From Candidatus Beckwithbacteria bacterium (GTDB lineage: Bacteria; Patescibacteriota; Microgenomatia; UBA1400; CG1-02-47-37): 64,000 nucleotides of DNA. Shown one piece after another: positions 17,622 through 27,440 of the stretch. The position numbers and the translations under genes were made by a program. The number at the start of each line of letters is the position of its first letter. Within the stretch, counting starts at the first letter, position 1. Under the pieces are notes generated by a model, which was given only the letters and a program-made list of their open reading frames with translations, ran no database searches and was not told where the DNA came from. The stretch spans positions 85,030-149,029 of the forward strand of contig JAPLVF010000013.1 of the NCBI GenBank assembly GCA_026397255.1, given 5' to 3'.

Positions 17622-20351
17622 ATGTTTAAATTTTTAAGCAAGCTTTTTGATACCAATAAAAAGGAGTTAAAAAAACTTAGAGTTTTGGTGGAAAAAATCA
17701 ATAACTTATCCAGCCAAGTTCAAAAGTATAAATTAACGGAATTTAAACAAAAAACAACGGAGTTAAAAAAAAGACTGGCCAAGGGAGAAACCCTAGACAG
17801 TTTGATGCCGGAAGCTTTTGCTCTGGCCCGGGAAGCGGCAGACAGAACCATAAATTTAAGGCCATTTGACGAACAATTGATGGCGGCAATTTGTTTTCAC
17901 GAGGGTAAAATTGCGGAACAAAAAACCGGAGAAGGCAAGACTCTATCGGCCGTTCCGGCTTTGTATTTAAACGCCTTAACCCAAAAAAGTTGTCACTTAG
18001 TCACGGTCAACGATTATTTAGCCCGCCGCGACGCCGGCTGGAATGGACCGGTTTTTAACCTTTTAGGAGTATCGGTGGGAGTAATTATTCACGAAAAAGC
18101 GTTCATTTTTGATCCGGATTTTACCGACGATTCCGTAGATGATCTTAAATTAAAACATTTAAAAGAAGTCAGCCGCCAAGATGCTTATAAGGCGGATATT
18201 ACTTACGGCACCAATAATGAATTTGGTTTTGATTATTTAAAAGACAACATGGTGCAAAGCCTGGACCAAATGGCCCAGCGCGGACACTATTTTGCCATTG
18301 TTGACGAAGTGGATTCAATTTTAATTGATGAAGCCAGAACGCCGTTAATTATTTCGGCGCCGGATACCGAACCGACGCAGAAATACTACCAATTTAGCGC
18401 TTTAGTAGCGAGCTTATCGAAAGACATGGATTATGAAAGTGACGAAAAACACAAAACCGTTAATTTAACCGAGCATGGGATTAAAAAAATCGAGAAAAAA
18501 CTGGGAGTGGAAAATTTGTATGAAAAAGATTTTGAAACCATTCATCATCTGGAACAAGCTTTAAAAGCCCGCGAACATTTCCAACGGGATAAAGATTATG
18601 TGGTCAAAGACGACGAAGTAATTATTGTGGATGAGTTTACCGGCAGATTGATGTTCGGCCGGAGATTTTCCGAAGGATTACATCAGGCAATCGAGGCCAA
18701 AGAAAATGTCACCATTAAGCAAGAATCAAAAACCCTGGCAACGATTTCATTCCAAAATTATTTTAGGATGTACGAAAAATTGGCCGGCATGACCGGAACG
18801 GCGGCAACCGAGGCGGAAGAATTTAAAAAAATTTACAATCTGGAAACGGTGGTGATTCCGACGCACATGCTGATGATAAGGAAAGATTTTCCGGACATGG
18901 TGTATAAAACTACCAGAGCAAAATACGCAGCAATCGTGGCCGAGATTAACGAACGGCACGCCAAAGGCCAACCGATATTAATCGGGACAACTTCGATTGA
19001 AAAAAATCAAATTATTGATGAATTTTTAAAACGTAAAAAAATCCCCCACCAGATTTTAAACGCCAAAAATCATGAAAAAGAAGCCAGTATTATTGCCCAA
19101 GCCGGTAGTGTCGGGGTAGTAACGGTAGCCACCAATATGGCCGGCCGGGGCGTGGATATTGTTCTGGGCGGCGACCCCAGCGGCCATAAAGATAAAAAGG
19201 CGTGGCAGAAGGCTCATAATGAAGTGGTTAAATTTGGCGGTTTACACGTTATCGGCGTGGAGCGGCATGAATCACGACGGATCGATAATCAGCTTAGGGG
19301 TCGGTCAGGCCGGCAAGGCGATCCTGGGTCTTCCAGGTTTTATGTGTCTTTGGAAGATGATATTATGCGGATTTTCGGCGGCGAACAAATTTCTAGGTTG
19401 ATGACGACTTTAAAAATGCCGGAAGACGTTCCCCTGGAGCACCCGATGGTATCCAAAGCGATTGAACAAGCTCAGGTCAAAGTAGAAAGTTTTTACTTTG
19501 ACTCAAGAAAAAATCTGGTCGAATACGACGACGTGATGAATAAACAGAGAGAAATTATCTATAAAAAACGAAAACAAATTATCGAGGAAGAAAATTTAAA
19601 AGAAAAAATGATCGGTCTTGTCAATAAAGAAGTTGACGATTTGGTAGTAAAAAATACGAACCCTGTAACTCGCGAATTAGACACAGAGAACTTGGCTAAA
19701 GATTTAGTTCTAATTATCCCCTTTGACCCAGATTCGCAAAAACGAATCCAAAAACAACTGGAAAAACAGCCGGAAGATTTAAAACAAATTGTTGCCAAAA
19801 CCTATGAACAAAGAGAGACGCAGTTAACTCCTTCATTAATGAGGCAAGTGGAAAAATTAATGATGCTGAATACCATCGATCACCTGTGGATTGACCACCT
19901 GGACGCCATTGACGATTTACGGGAAGGGATTGGCTTGCGGGGTTACGGCCAAAGAGATCCGCTGGTGGAGTACAAAGGCGAAGCATTTACGATGTTTGAG
20001 CGGTTGGTTAAAACGATTGATTTTGAAGTGGCTAGGCGCATTTTTAGAGTTCAAGTCATGGAGCAACCCCGGCCACAACCGATGACTCAAGCCCAAGAAA
20101 CAAAACCGGATTTACCTAAACCGTCTGCTCCAATAACCCCAACTTCGGCTTTTGCGAGCGCCTTTGCCAAAGCCGGCCAAAATTCACCTGCAAGGAGAGA
20201 ACCTGTAGGTACGAATCCCCCTTCGCCAGAGGCTTCGGAGGGACGCAAGCGAAAATTGGGCCGGAATGATCCCTGCTGGTGCGGTAAAATTGACGCCAAC
20301 GGCAAACCGGTCAAGTGGAAGAAGTGCCATTATCCCCAACAAGCACAGTAA
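17622..20351 (+). CDS. secA: Preprotein translocase ATPase SecA
   Basis: 909 aa. MAAICFHEGKIAEQKTGEGKTL is the Walker A / DEAD-like motor. FAIVDEVDSILIDEARTPLIIS is also present. The C-terminal Zn finger reads CWCGK...C.Y. Confidence 0.9.
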   Translation: MFKFLSKLFDTNKKELKKLRVLVEKINNLSSQVQKYKLTEFKQKTTELKKRLAKGETLDSLMPEAFALAREAADRTINLRPFDEQLMAAICFHEGKIAEQKTGEGKTLSAVPALYLNALTQKSCHLVTVNDYLARRDAGWNGPVFNLLGVSVGVIIHEKAFIFDPDFTDDSVDDLKLKHLKEVSRQDAYKADITYGTNNEFGFDYLKDNMVQSLDQMAQRGHYFAIVDEVDSILIDEARTPLIISAPDTEPTQKYYQFSALVASLSKDMDYESDEKHKTVNLTEHGIKKIEKKLGVENLYEKDFETIHHLEQALKAREHFQRDKDYVVKDDEVIIVDEFTGRLMFGRRFSEGLHQAIEAKENVTIKQESKTLATISFQNYFRMYEKLAGMTGTAATEAEEFKKIYNLETVVIPTHMLMIRKDFPDMVYKTTRAKYAAIVAEINERHAKGQPILIGTTSIEKNQIIDEFLKRKKIPHQILNAKNHEKEASIIAQAGSVGVVTVATNMAGRGVDIVLGGDPSGHKDKKAWQKAHNEVVKFGGLHVIGVERHESRRIDNQLRGRSGRQGDPGSSRFYVSLEDDIMRIFGGEQISRLMTTLKMPEDVPLEHPMVSKAIEQAQVKVESFYFDSRKNLVEYDDVMNKQREIIYKKRKQIIEEENLKEKMIGLVNKEVDDLVVKNTNPVTRELDTENLAKDLVLIIPFDPDSQKRIQKQLEKQPEDLKQIVAKTYEQRETQLTPSLMRQVEKLMMLNTIDHLWIDHLDAIDDLREGIGLRGYGQRDPLVEYKGEAFTMFERLVKTIDFEVARRIFRVQVMEQPRPQPMTQAQETKPDLPKPSAPITPTSAFASAFAKAGQNSPARREPVGTNPPSPEASEGRKRKLGRNDPCWCGKIDANGKPVKWKKCHYPQQAQ

Positions 20352-20399
20352 TATTTTCTAATATCTTCCAATATCTTCTAAAATCTTCTAAAATAATCC
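20349..20399. repeat. Short tandem array of a roughly 10-bp unit (TAAtATCTTC), 4-5 copies, between secA and fic
   Basis: taatattttc taatatcttcc aatatcttc taaaatcttc taaaataatcc read directly from the sequence. Confidence 0.4.
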
Positions 20400-20400
20400 A

Positions 20401-21345
20401 ATGAAGCAATTATTGCAGGAATTGGAAGCTTTACGTTTCGCTTTTAAATTAATTAAACCACCGGCGGTCGTGGTAGAAAATATCCGCCGGGAATCACTGT
20501 TAAAAAGTTCTCTTTATTCAGCGAAAATCGAAGGTAACCAATTGTCTTACGAGACAATTAAAACCAATCTGAATAATAAAACTAAAGCTAAACTGGAAGT
20601 ATTTAATTTATTGACTGCTTATAAATATGTTTATTCTAAAAAGGCCCAAAAAAAAATTTCTTTATCTTTAATAAAAGATCTTCATTTAAAAACGATGAAG
20701 AATTTAATGCCTCATCCTGGAGAATTCCGTCATGAAGCCAGTGCGATTTTTAATCAAGCCGGGGTGGCAATTTATTTGACACCGCCGCCAACGGAAATTA
20801 TTGACCGACTTAACCGGTTAATCAAACAGCTAAATCAATCCCCTGAACAGACACTAATAAAAGCAGTCATGACCCATTTTTGGTTTGAAAAAATCCATCC
20901 TTTTATTGATGGCAACGGCCGGGTCGGCAGATTATTGACTGCCGCAATTATGAACCAAGGGGGATTTGGATTTAACGGTTTAGTATCAATTGAAGAAGCG
21001 ATAAATGATAAAAAGGACGTTTATTACCAAGCCTTAAATGAAACAAAAAATTACCAACACTTAACTGAGTTTTTACTAAATCTTTACCTTGAACAGGGTA
21101 AAAAAGTTTTTACTAAATTAACCCAACCGCAAACAGAAGAAGAATCGACATTGCCGTTGAGGCGTCAGGAAATATTAAATATTCTTAAAGATCACCCCTA
21201 TGCCAGCTTTGATTTTATTCAGCGGCGGTTTTTGTCAATCAATCCGAAAACCCTCCATTATGATTTAAAAAAACTCCAAGAGCAAAAGTTAGTAATAAAA
21301 ATCGGTTCTACCCGTGGCGCAGTCTATCAGCTGATTTTCAGGTAA
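20401..21345 (+). CDS. Fic/DOC family protein with a C-terminal winged-helix region
   Basis: The canonical Fic motif HPFIDGNGRVGR is present. The C-terminal 60 aa (ILNILKDHPYASFDFIQRRFLSINPKTLHYDLKKLQEQKLV) resemble a wHTH. Confidence 0.8.
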   Translation: MKQLLQELEALRFAFKLIKPPAVVVENIRRESLLKSSLYSAKIEGNQLSYETIKTNLNNKTKAKLEVFNLLTAYKYVYSKKAQKKISLSLIKDLHLKTMKNLMPHPGEFRHEASAIFNQAGVAIYLTPPPTEIIDRLNRLIKQLNQSPEQTLIKAVMTHFWFEKIHPFIDGNGRVGRLLTAAIMNQGGFGFNGLVSIEEAINDKKDVYYQALNETKNYQHLTEFLLNLYLEQGKKVFTKLTQPQTEEESTLPLRRQEILNILKDHPYASFDFIQRRFLSINPKTLHYDLKKLQEQKLVIKIGSTRGAVYQLIFR

Positions 21346-21366
21346 ACCTACTAATATTCTGATATT

Positions 21367-22161
21367 ATGTTAAACATGATTGAAGTGAAAAACTTAGTAA
21401 AAAAATTCGGCAAATTCACAGCGGTTGATAAAATTTCTTTTGCGGTGAAAGCCGGAGAAATATTTGCGTTTTTAGGGCCAAACGGCGCCGGGAAAACCAC
21501 CACGATTAAAATGCTGACAACGATGTTGAAACCAACAGCAGGACAGATCAGCGTTAATGGTTTTGATCCAATCACTCAGCAAGACAGTGTCCGCCATTCT
21601 TTCGGCATCGTTTTCCAAGACCAAAGCTTGGATGACGAATTGACGGCAAGGGAAAATTTAAGTTTCCACGGCGTGTTATATAAAGTGCCGAAAGATCTAA
21701 GAGAAAAAAGAATTAAAGAGTTGTTACAAATCGTGGAATTGTATGACCGAAGAAACGCGCTGGTAAAAACTTTTTCCGGCGGAATGAAACGACGTTTGGA
21801 AATCGCCCGAGGCTTACTCCATCACCCAAAAATATTTTTCCTGGATGAACCAACTATCGGCTTGGACCCGCAAACCCGAAAGCATATTTGGGACTATATC
21901 TTAACTTTAAATAAAAAAGAGGGAATTACCATCTTTTTTACCACCCAATATATTGAAGAGGCAGAAAAAATCGCCCAAGAGGTGGCAATCATTGACAATG
22001 GAAAAATTGTCGGTCAGGGAACAGTGGAGGAACTGAAGCAAAAAACGAAAACGAAAACTTTAGAAGAAGCTTTTCTAAATATAACCGGGCACGAAATCCG
22101 AACCGAAGAAGCCAGCGGTCTAGAACATATGCGGATGAACCGCAGGATGTGGAGGCACTAA
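21367..22161 (+). CDS. ABC transporter ATP-binding protein (ABC-2 type)
   Basis: GPNGAGKTT is Walker A, LSGGMKRRLEIA is the signature motif and FFLDEPTIGLD is Walker B. Confidence 0.85.
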   Translation: MLNMIEVKNLVKKFGKFTAVDKISFAVKAGEIFAFLGPNGAGKTTTIKMLTTMLKPTAGQISVNGFDPITQQDSVRHSFGIVFQDQSLDDELTARENLSFHGVLYKVPKDLREKRIKELLQIVELYDRRNALVKTFSGGMKRRLEIARGLLHHPKIFFLDEPTIGLDPQTRKHIWDYILTLNKKEGITIFFTTQYIEEAEKIAQEVAIIDNGKIVGQGTVEELKQKTKTKTLEEAFLNITGHEIRTEEASGLEHMRMNRRMWRH

Positions 22162-22910
22162 ATATGAGCACAATTTATATTCTGTGGTTAAGACAACTAA
22201 AAAGATATTTAAGATCAAAGTCAAGAATTTTCGGCTCGCTGGGCCAACCGCTCTTGTTTTTAGTAGCATTAGGGTTTGGCTTAGGCCCGGTGTTCCAAAA
22301 AGCCGGCCAGGGCAATTACATCCACTTTTTGGCGCCGGGAATTATCGCCATGAGCGTTTTATTCACTTCAATATTTTCCGGAATCGAAATTATCTGGGAC
22401 CGGCAGTTCGGTTTTTTGAAAGAAACTTTGGTAGCGCCGGTATCCAGATTAAATATTATGATCGGTCGGACTTTGGGCGGGGCGACAATTGCTGTTGGCC
22501 AGGGGTTAATAATTTTTTTAATTTCTTTATTAATCGGTTTTAAGCCGCAAAGTCTGACTGGAGTAATAATGGGCTTGTTAATTATGCTGATTACGGCAAT
22601 TTTATTTACGGCCTTAGGCACAGCGATTGCCAGTAAAATGGAGGATATTCACGGTTTTCAGCTAATTATGAATTTTTTAATTATGCCGCTCTTTTTCCTC
22701 TCGGGAGCTTTATTCCCCTTGCAGGATTTACCTAGAGTTTTAAGCATTATTACCAGGATCGATCCTTTGTCTTACGCTATCGACGGCATGCGGGCGGCAT
22801 TCTTGGGAACGTCACAGTTTAGTTTAGGATTCAATTTAGGTATTCTGACTGGTTTGGCCTTGTTGTTATTAGCTATCGGCGGCTATTTCTTTTCGAAAAT
22901 AGAAATCTAA
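22149..22910 (+). CDS. ABC-2 family transporter permease
   Basis: 253 aa with 6 predicted TM helices. Its start overlaps the upstream ATPase gene stop. Confidence 0.75.
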   Translation: MEALNMSTIYILWLRQLKRYLRSKSRIFGSLGQPLLFLVALGFGLGPVFQKAGQGNYIHFLAPGIIAMSVLFTSIFSGIEIIWDRQFGFLKETLVAPVSRLNIMIGRTLGGATIAVGQGLIIFLISLLIGFKPQSLTGVIMGLLIMLITAILFTALGTAIASKMEDIHGFQLIMNFLIMPLFFLSGALFPLQDLPRVLSIITRIDPLSYAIDGMRAAFLGTSQFSLGFNLGILTGLALLLLAIGGYFFSKIEI

Positions 22911-22911
22911 A

Positions 22912-23847
22912 TCATTGAGTGGCAGACAAAATCGTTTGGCCGCTGGGAAGAAGATCAACATAATCCTCTTGAGTGGAAGTAGATATTAAATTTTCCGGGT
23001 CAGTAGTAACGCTAACTAACATTCCTTTTCGGGTTTGCGGACTGAAATACTGGTCGTAAACAAAGTTACCTAAAGAATAATAAATCGGCTGCCCCTGATA
23101 AATTTCCGATTGCTGAATCACGTGCGGATGGGTACCGATAACCAAGTCAGCGCCGTTGTCGATGAATTGATGAGCCATGGCCTGGATTGTGGGGCTAGCA
23201 ATCGGCTGATATTCTTCCCCCCAATGACAAAAAACAATTAAAACATCAACCCGGGGCCGAAGGGTTTGTAAATCTTCCAGAGCCGCTGACAGAGAGTCGC
23301 TGGCAAACTGATTGTAATTAACAAAACCAAAGTTTAACTGGTTAATTTGTTTAACGGCAGACCGGGCGGAATCCGATGCCTGGCCAGTATTACCGAAAAA
23401 ATCAACTCCGGCAGCAGTTAAATATCCTTTGGTTTGCTTTAAACCGTCGAGACCAAAATTTAAAGTATGATTATTGCCTAGATTAACTAATTTAATGTTA
23501 TGGCGGGCTAAGACGGCGGCAGTTTCCGGGGCAGAAGTAAACCGGTAATTTTGCGGCGAACCGATAACTGATCCGACACTCACAGAGGGATTATCAGTAA
23601 TCGGAGTTTCCAGATTAACGATAACTAAATCGGCGCTGAAAAATAAATCTTTAAGCGGGACCAAAATAAAATCATAGCTGTTTTGATCAGCCATTTGACG
23701 GATATGGCGGTCAAAGGATAAATCACCGGCAAAAATCAAGTTGACCGGACGGGGCGGAGACGGCATATCCGGAGACGGAATATCCAAGGGCTTTGGCTGA
23801 AATAGTCCGACAAACAGTGCAATTATTATCGCCAAAATTTTTTGCAT
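22912..23847 (-). CDS. CapA/PgsA-like metallophosphoesterase (poly-gamma-glutamate/capsule synthesis family)
   Basis: N-terminal signal/TM segment. ...LIVFCHWGEEYQPIASPTIQAMAHQFIDNGADLVIGTHPHVIQ...YSLGNFV are calcineurin-like phosphoesterase motifs typical of the CapA family. Confidence 0.7.
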   Translation of the reverse strand: MQKILAIIIALFVGLFQPKPLDIPSPDMPSPPRPVNLIFAGDLSFDRHIRQMADQNSYDFILVPLKDLFFSADLVIVNLETPITDNPSVSVGSVIGSPQNYRFTSAPETAAVLARHNIKLVNLGNNHTLNFGLDGLKQTKGYLTAAGVDFFGNTGQASDSARSAVKQINQLNFGFVNYNQFASDSLSAALEDLQTLRPRVDVLIVFCHWGEEYQPIASPTIQAMAHQFIDNGADLVIGTHPHVIQQSEIYQGQPIYYSLGNFVYDQYFSPQTRKGMLVSVTTDPENLISTSTQEDYVDLLPSGQTILSATQ

Positions 23848-23849
23848 AC

Positions 23850-24626
23850 CTAAATTACCAACGGCCAGTCAAAGGTAGGAGTTAGGACTTCAGGTTGATC
23901 TTTCACCACGACCATATATTCAAACATGCCAACTAAACCGCCATCCGTAGTTTTAACTGACCAGCCGTCGTCAGCCTGATAAACCTGATCGCTTTTCTCC
24001 ACCACTTGATTTTCCAGACAAACTACCATGTTGGGGAGAAAAACTTCCCCCTGATGCGGCTGGCCATGAGCCGGAATTACCGGTTTATCATGCAGGGTGT
24101 GACCAATACCGTGACCGGTATATTGTTTTAAAACATCAAAACCGGCCTCTCGGGCAACCTGATGCATATTGTGACCAACGTCACCGGTAGTATTGCCGGG
24201 AATAGCTAAAGCAATGCTGGACTGGACTGATTTTTTAGCTGTTTGAAGCAGTTTTTCCTGCTGGGGAGAGATTGATTTAACCCCAACAGTCACACAAAAA
24301 TCCGTATAATAATTTTGATAAATTAAGCCAAAGTCAATTTTAACCAGGTCGCCGATTTTTAACGGTTCGGTGGGGCTGGGAATACCATGAACAGCAGTAT
24401 CGTTAACAGAAATACAGGTAGCATACTGATAAGGATTGTCCGGGCGGCCGACCCCTAAAAAAGCCGGCCGGACATGAGCTTCGTGACAAAATTTCTTGGT
24501 CAAATCGTCTAATTTCAAGGGTAAAATTCCCGGCTTAACCGATTCCACAATATTCTTGAGAATTTTTAAGGAAATTTTGGCGGCCCGGCGGTAGGTAGTG
24601 AAATCCTGGTCGGTTTTAAGGATCAT
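23850..24626 (-). CDS. map: Methionine aminopeptidase type I
   Basis: FLGVGRPDNPYQYATCISVNDTAVHGIP...DFGLIYQNYYTDFCVT...GHGIGHTLHD are MetAP metal-ligand motifs. Confidence 0.85.
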   Translation of the reverse strand: MILKTDQDFTTYRRAAKISLKILKNIVESVKPGILPLKLDDLTKKFCHEAHVRPAFLGVGRPDNPYQYATCISVNDTAVHGIPSPTEPLKIGDLVKIDFGLIYQNYYTDFCVTVGVKSISPQQEKLLQTAKKSVQSSIALAIPGNTTGDVGHNMHQVAREAGFDVLKQYTGHGIGHTLHDKPVIPAHGQPHQGEVFLPNMVVCLENQVVEKSDQVYQADDGWSVKTTDGGLVGMFEYMVVVKDQPEVLTPTFDWPLVI

Positions 24627-24629
24627 AAA

Positions 24630-25862
24630 TTAAATGACAAATTGACCTTCTTTATATATTACTCTTTTTTGGCCATTGGTTAATTCGGCAGTCACCGTCC
24701 TATCAGTGGTAGAAATCATGTCCGTATGCTCGGCCGAATCGTTAAAACCAAGTTTGGCCCAATCTGTGGCGGTTAAATCTGGCGCTTTACCCTTAAAACA
24801 ATCTTTGTAAGCCATCCCGATGGCTACATGAGTATTGCCAAAAGGGCCGCCGATGTTTTCATCAAATAAAGTCTCGGCCATGACGTGAGTAATCCGGGAC
24901 AGGCGTTTATCGGTCAGAGAAAATTCACCTAATTTATCAGCGTTGGTACTTTTAAGCATTGCCTGAAGTAACCGATTGCCCTCAACGGCAGAAGCCTTGA
25001 CAACTAAGCCGCGCTTAAATTCCAGATAAATATTTTTAACAATGTGGCCGTAGCGGTAGAGCGGTTGGTTAAACTTCATCCAGCCTTTTGTCCCGCGCCA
25101 ATCAGGCGAGGTAAAAATCTCAAAGCTGGGAATGTTGCGGCCGGAACCACCAACCCATTGCCTATTGGCCCCAATTTGAATAATTAAATCAACGTCTTCA
25201 CCTTTAATATGGACACTTTGAATATTTAAAGTGTTAAGTTTAGTTAAAATTTTTTGCTGTAAGCGACTAACTTTTTTCCAGGCACTGATTGGGTTGGCTT
25301 TATCCAAAAAGCAGGCCTGAATAATTTGCTGCCAATAAGCTTTCAGGTTTAAACCGACCAATCTGGCCTTAGCCGGAGTGGCCCAAAGACCTATGGTCCA
25401 GGTAAATTTACCCTTGATTTCCTTCTCGTTTAACCAGTCGCGGTAAGGTTTTTGCGAGTCGCGATTTAAAATAATTTTTTTTGGGTTAATTGATTGCAAC
25501 TCCCGAGGATCAACATCAGCGATAACCCCAAGACTATGATCAATTAAATCGGTCTGGGCCTGAAGGTATTTTTGCGGGAAGTAAGTCAATTGAGTAGGGT
25601 TGGCTAAAGAAAGAAAATCCTTGGTAAAACCGGTAGGAATCAAACGCATAATCGGGTGAGCACCGGCTTTTAAGATTGTGTTTTGCAGCTCCCTGGCTAA
25701 GGGTTTAGCCACATCCGGAATTGCACACAAAACCACTTCCCCGGCTTTTACGCCCTGGCCGGAGTTTAAGGCATAGTTAACTAAAACTTGAGCATAGCGG
25801 CGCAGAATATTGACGGAAGGTTGATAATTTGACATATTGAGGTAGATTTTAACATAAATCAA
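24630..25862 (-). CDS. Aminopeptidase, M29 (AmpS/PepS-like) family, putative
   Basis: 410 aa. General resemblance to the thermophilic metalloaminopeptidase family (...EGNRLLQAMLKSTNADKLGEFSL...HVAIGMAY...). Called by pattern only. Confidence 0.55.
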   Translation of the reverse strand: MIYVKIYLNMSNYQPSVNILRRYAQVLVNYALNSGQGVKAGEVVLCAIPDVAKPLARELQNTILKAGAHPIMRLIPTGFTKDFLSLANPTQLTYFPQKYLQAQTDLIDHSLGVIADVDPRELQSINPKKIILNRDSQKPYRDWLNEKEIKGKFTWTIGLWATPAKARLVGLNLKAYWQQIIQACFLDKANPISAWKKVSRLQQKILTKLNTLNIQSVHIKGEDVDLIIQIGANRQWVGGSGRNIPSFEIFTSPDWRGTKGWMKFNQPLYRYGHIVKNIYLEFKRGLVVKASAVEGNRLLQAMLKSTNADKLGEFSLTDKRLSRITHVMAETLFDENIGGPFGNTHVAIGMAYKDCFKGKAPDLTATDWAKLGFNDSAEHTDMISTTDRTVTAELTNGQKRVIYKEGQFVI

Positions 25863-25880
25863 AAAGATGTTAATGAAAAT

Positions 25881-26414
25881 ATGAAGAGATTTAGCTTCTG
25901 GCTTTTACCAGACAAAGAAATTCAGGCAGTGTACCAACCAATTATTGACCTGTGGAGCCGCAAACTAAAAACACCGAACTTTGAACCGCATATCACGATT
26001 ACCACTAATGCGATGTTGAAAGGTGAAGAAAAATCAGTCATGCAAGTAGTGGGGTCAGTAATTAAAAACTTGCAGCCGATTCCAATTGAATTTAGCGAAG
26101 TCAGCGTCAGCACCACTTGGGCTCAATGCGTTTTTGCTAGAGTGAAACCAAACTATGAATTATTATTGGCAAACCAATATATTAAAAGTGCGGCTGGGCA
26201 TCCGGACCCGAGCATGTATACCCCGCACATGAGCTTGGTATATGGTAATTTAGATTTAAAACAAAGGTTGGAGATTGCCGAGAATATAACATTGCCGTTA
26301 ACTAAATTTGTGGCTCGCAAAATTTGCATTGTCCCGGCCGATGTCAGGAACCCGAAAACCTGGAAACACCTGGCCGAATTTGAATTAAAAAAGAAAGCAA
26401 TAATTAGGGTTTAA
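25881..26414 (+). CDS. 2H phosphoesterase superfamily protein (LigT/CPDase-like)
   Basis: Two H-x-T/S-x motifs, PHITITT and PHMSLVYG, at the appropriate spacing. Confidence 0.65.
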   Translation: MKRFSFWLLPDKEIQAVYQPIIDLWSRKLKTPNFEPHITITTNAMLKGEEKSVMQVVGSVIKNLQPIPIEFSEVSVSTTWAQCVFARVKPNYELLLANQYIKSAAGHPDPSMYTPHMSLVYGNLDLKQRLEIAENITLPLTKFVARKICIVPADVRNPKTWKHLAEFELKKKAIIRV

Positions 26415-26853
26415 TCTGATATTTCTGAACCAGGGTTTTGCCGCTTTTTAGGGCGGTTTTGACTTCCAAAATCATGTCGGTAATATTTTTATGGTAAGTG
26501 CAGACGTCTTTGGAACAAGTACCGAAGACCAACTCTTTTTGAGTGTTGCCCTGAGTGGCAGCGTAAGTCCCCTGCACCCCCTGACTGACATTATCAGCCA
26601 CATAAGTCAGGTTATAAGTAACCGAAGTGGCTTTAGTCATATCATCTAAAACCAATAAAAGCGCCTGGCGGTCAGCCCGAAGTTTGTGCTTGGCAGCGGA
26701 AGTAACGGTTGATTGAGGCAGACGGACTAATTTTTTCTTTGCCAAAACCATTGAAGCGGAAAATAAACTTAAAAAAATAATAACAATAACTATCAGTCTC
26801 AACTTCATGTCAACCTCATGATATACTGGAAAAAGCGGATATGTCAAAAACAA
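26404..26853 (-). CDS. Hypothetical secreted or membrane-anchored protein (149 aa)
   Basis: N-terminal TM/signal segment LIVIVIIFLSLFSASMVLA. No other motif recognised. Confidence 0.45.
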   Translation of the reverse strand: MFLTYPLFPVYHEVDMKLRLIVIVIIFLSLFSASMVLAKKKLVRLPQSTVTSAAKHKLRADRQALLLVLDDMTKATSVTYNLTYVADNVSQGVQGTYAATQGNTQKELVFGTCSKDVCTYHKNITDMILEVKTALKSGKTLVQKYQIKP

Positions 26854-27440
26854 AGATATTAATCATTGTTTTAATGCTAATTTTGGTCGCGGGAACAATC
26901 ATTTGGTTGGTAAAACCGAAAACTAAAGAAAATTTTGTCGAACAGGAAATCAGCATTAAACAGACAGAACCGGTGGAAGTGAAAACGGTAACTTATCAAG
27001 ACAGCAGCGGATTTTCTTTTGAGCATCCGTCAGATTTAAAAATTCAGGAAGTAGAATTGGATGATAAAACCGTGTTTTCTTCTTTAGAAATTACCGGCAA
27101 CCAACCCGGTAAGTTAAGTTTAAAGATCAGTGACACTAATTTTAAGACCTTAAAAGACTGGCAAAAAGAGTTCGAGCAGAAAAATATTATCATGGATGTA
27201 CGGGGAATCAGTTTTGACGATATAACCGGCGTTGAATTCACTTACACAGCGCCGAAATTAAGAAAAGCTGTCGCTATCGATAACGCTATAATTTATAGTT
27301 TAGAAGCGCCGGCTGACGATGGTTATTGGGATAAAATTCAGGAAGGAATTCTGAATAGTTTTAAGTTTGCTCTGCCAGCTGGCGGAGCAACGGCCACTAA
27401 TTCCGGGGAAATTACTTTGATCGAAGAGAAGTATGAATAG
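26841..27440 (+). CDS. Hypothetical N-terminally anchored protein (199 aa)
   Basis: MSKTKILIIVLMLILVAGTIIWL is a signal anchor. No motif recognised. Confidence 0.45.
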   Translation: MSKTKILIIVLMLILVAGTIIWLVKPKTKENFVEQEISIKQTEPVEVKTVTYQDSSGFSFEHPSDLKIQEVELDDKTVFSSLEITGNQPGKLSLKISDTNFKTLKDWQKEFEQKNIIMDVRGISFDDITGVEFTYTAPKLRKAVAIDNAIIYSLEAPADDGYWDKIQEGILNSFKFALPAGGATATNSGEITLIEEKYE

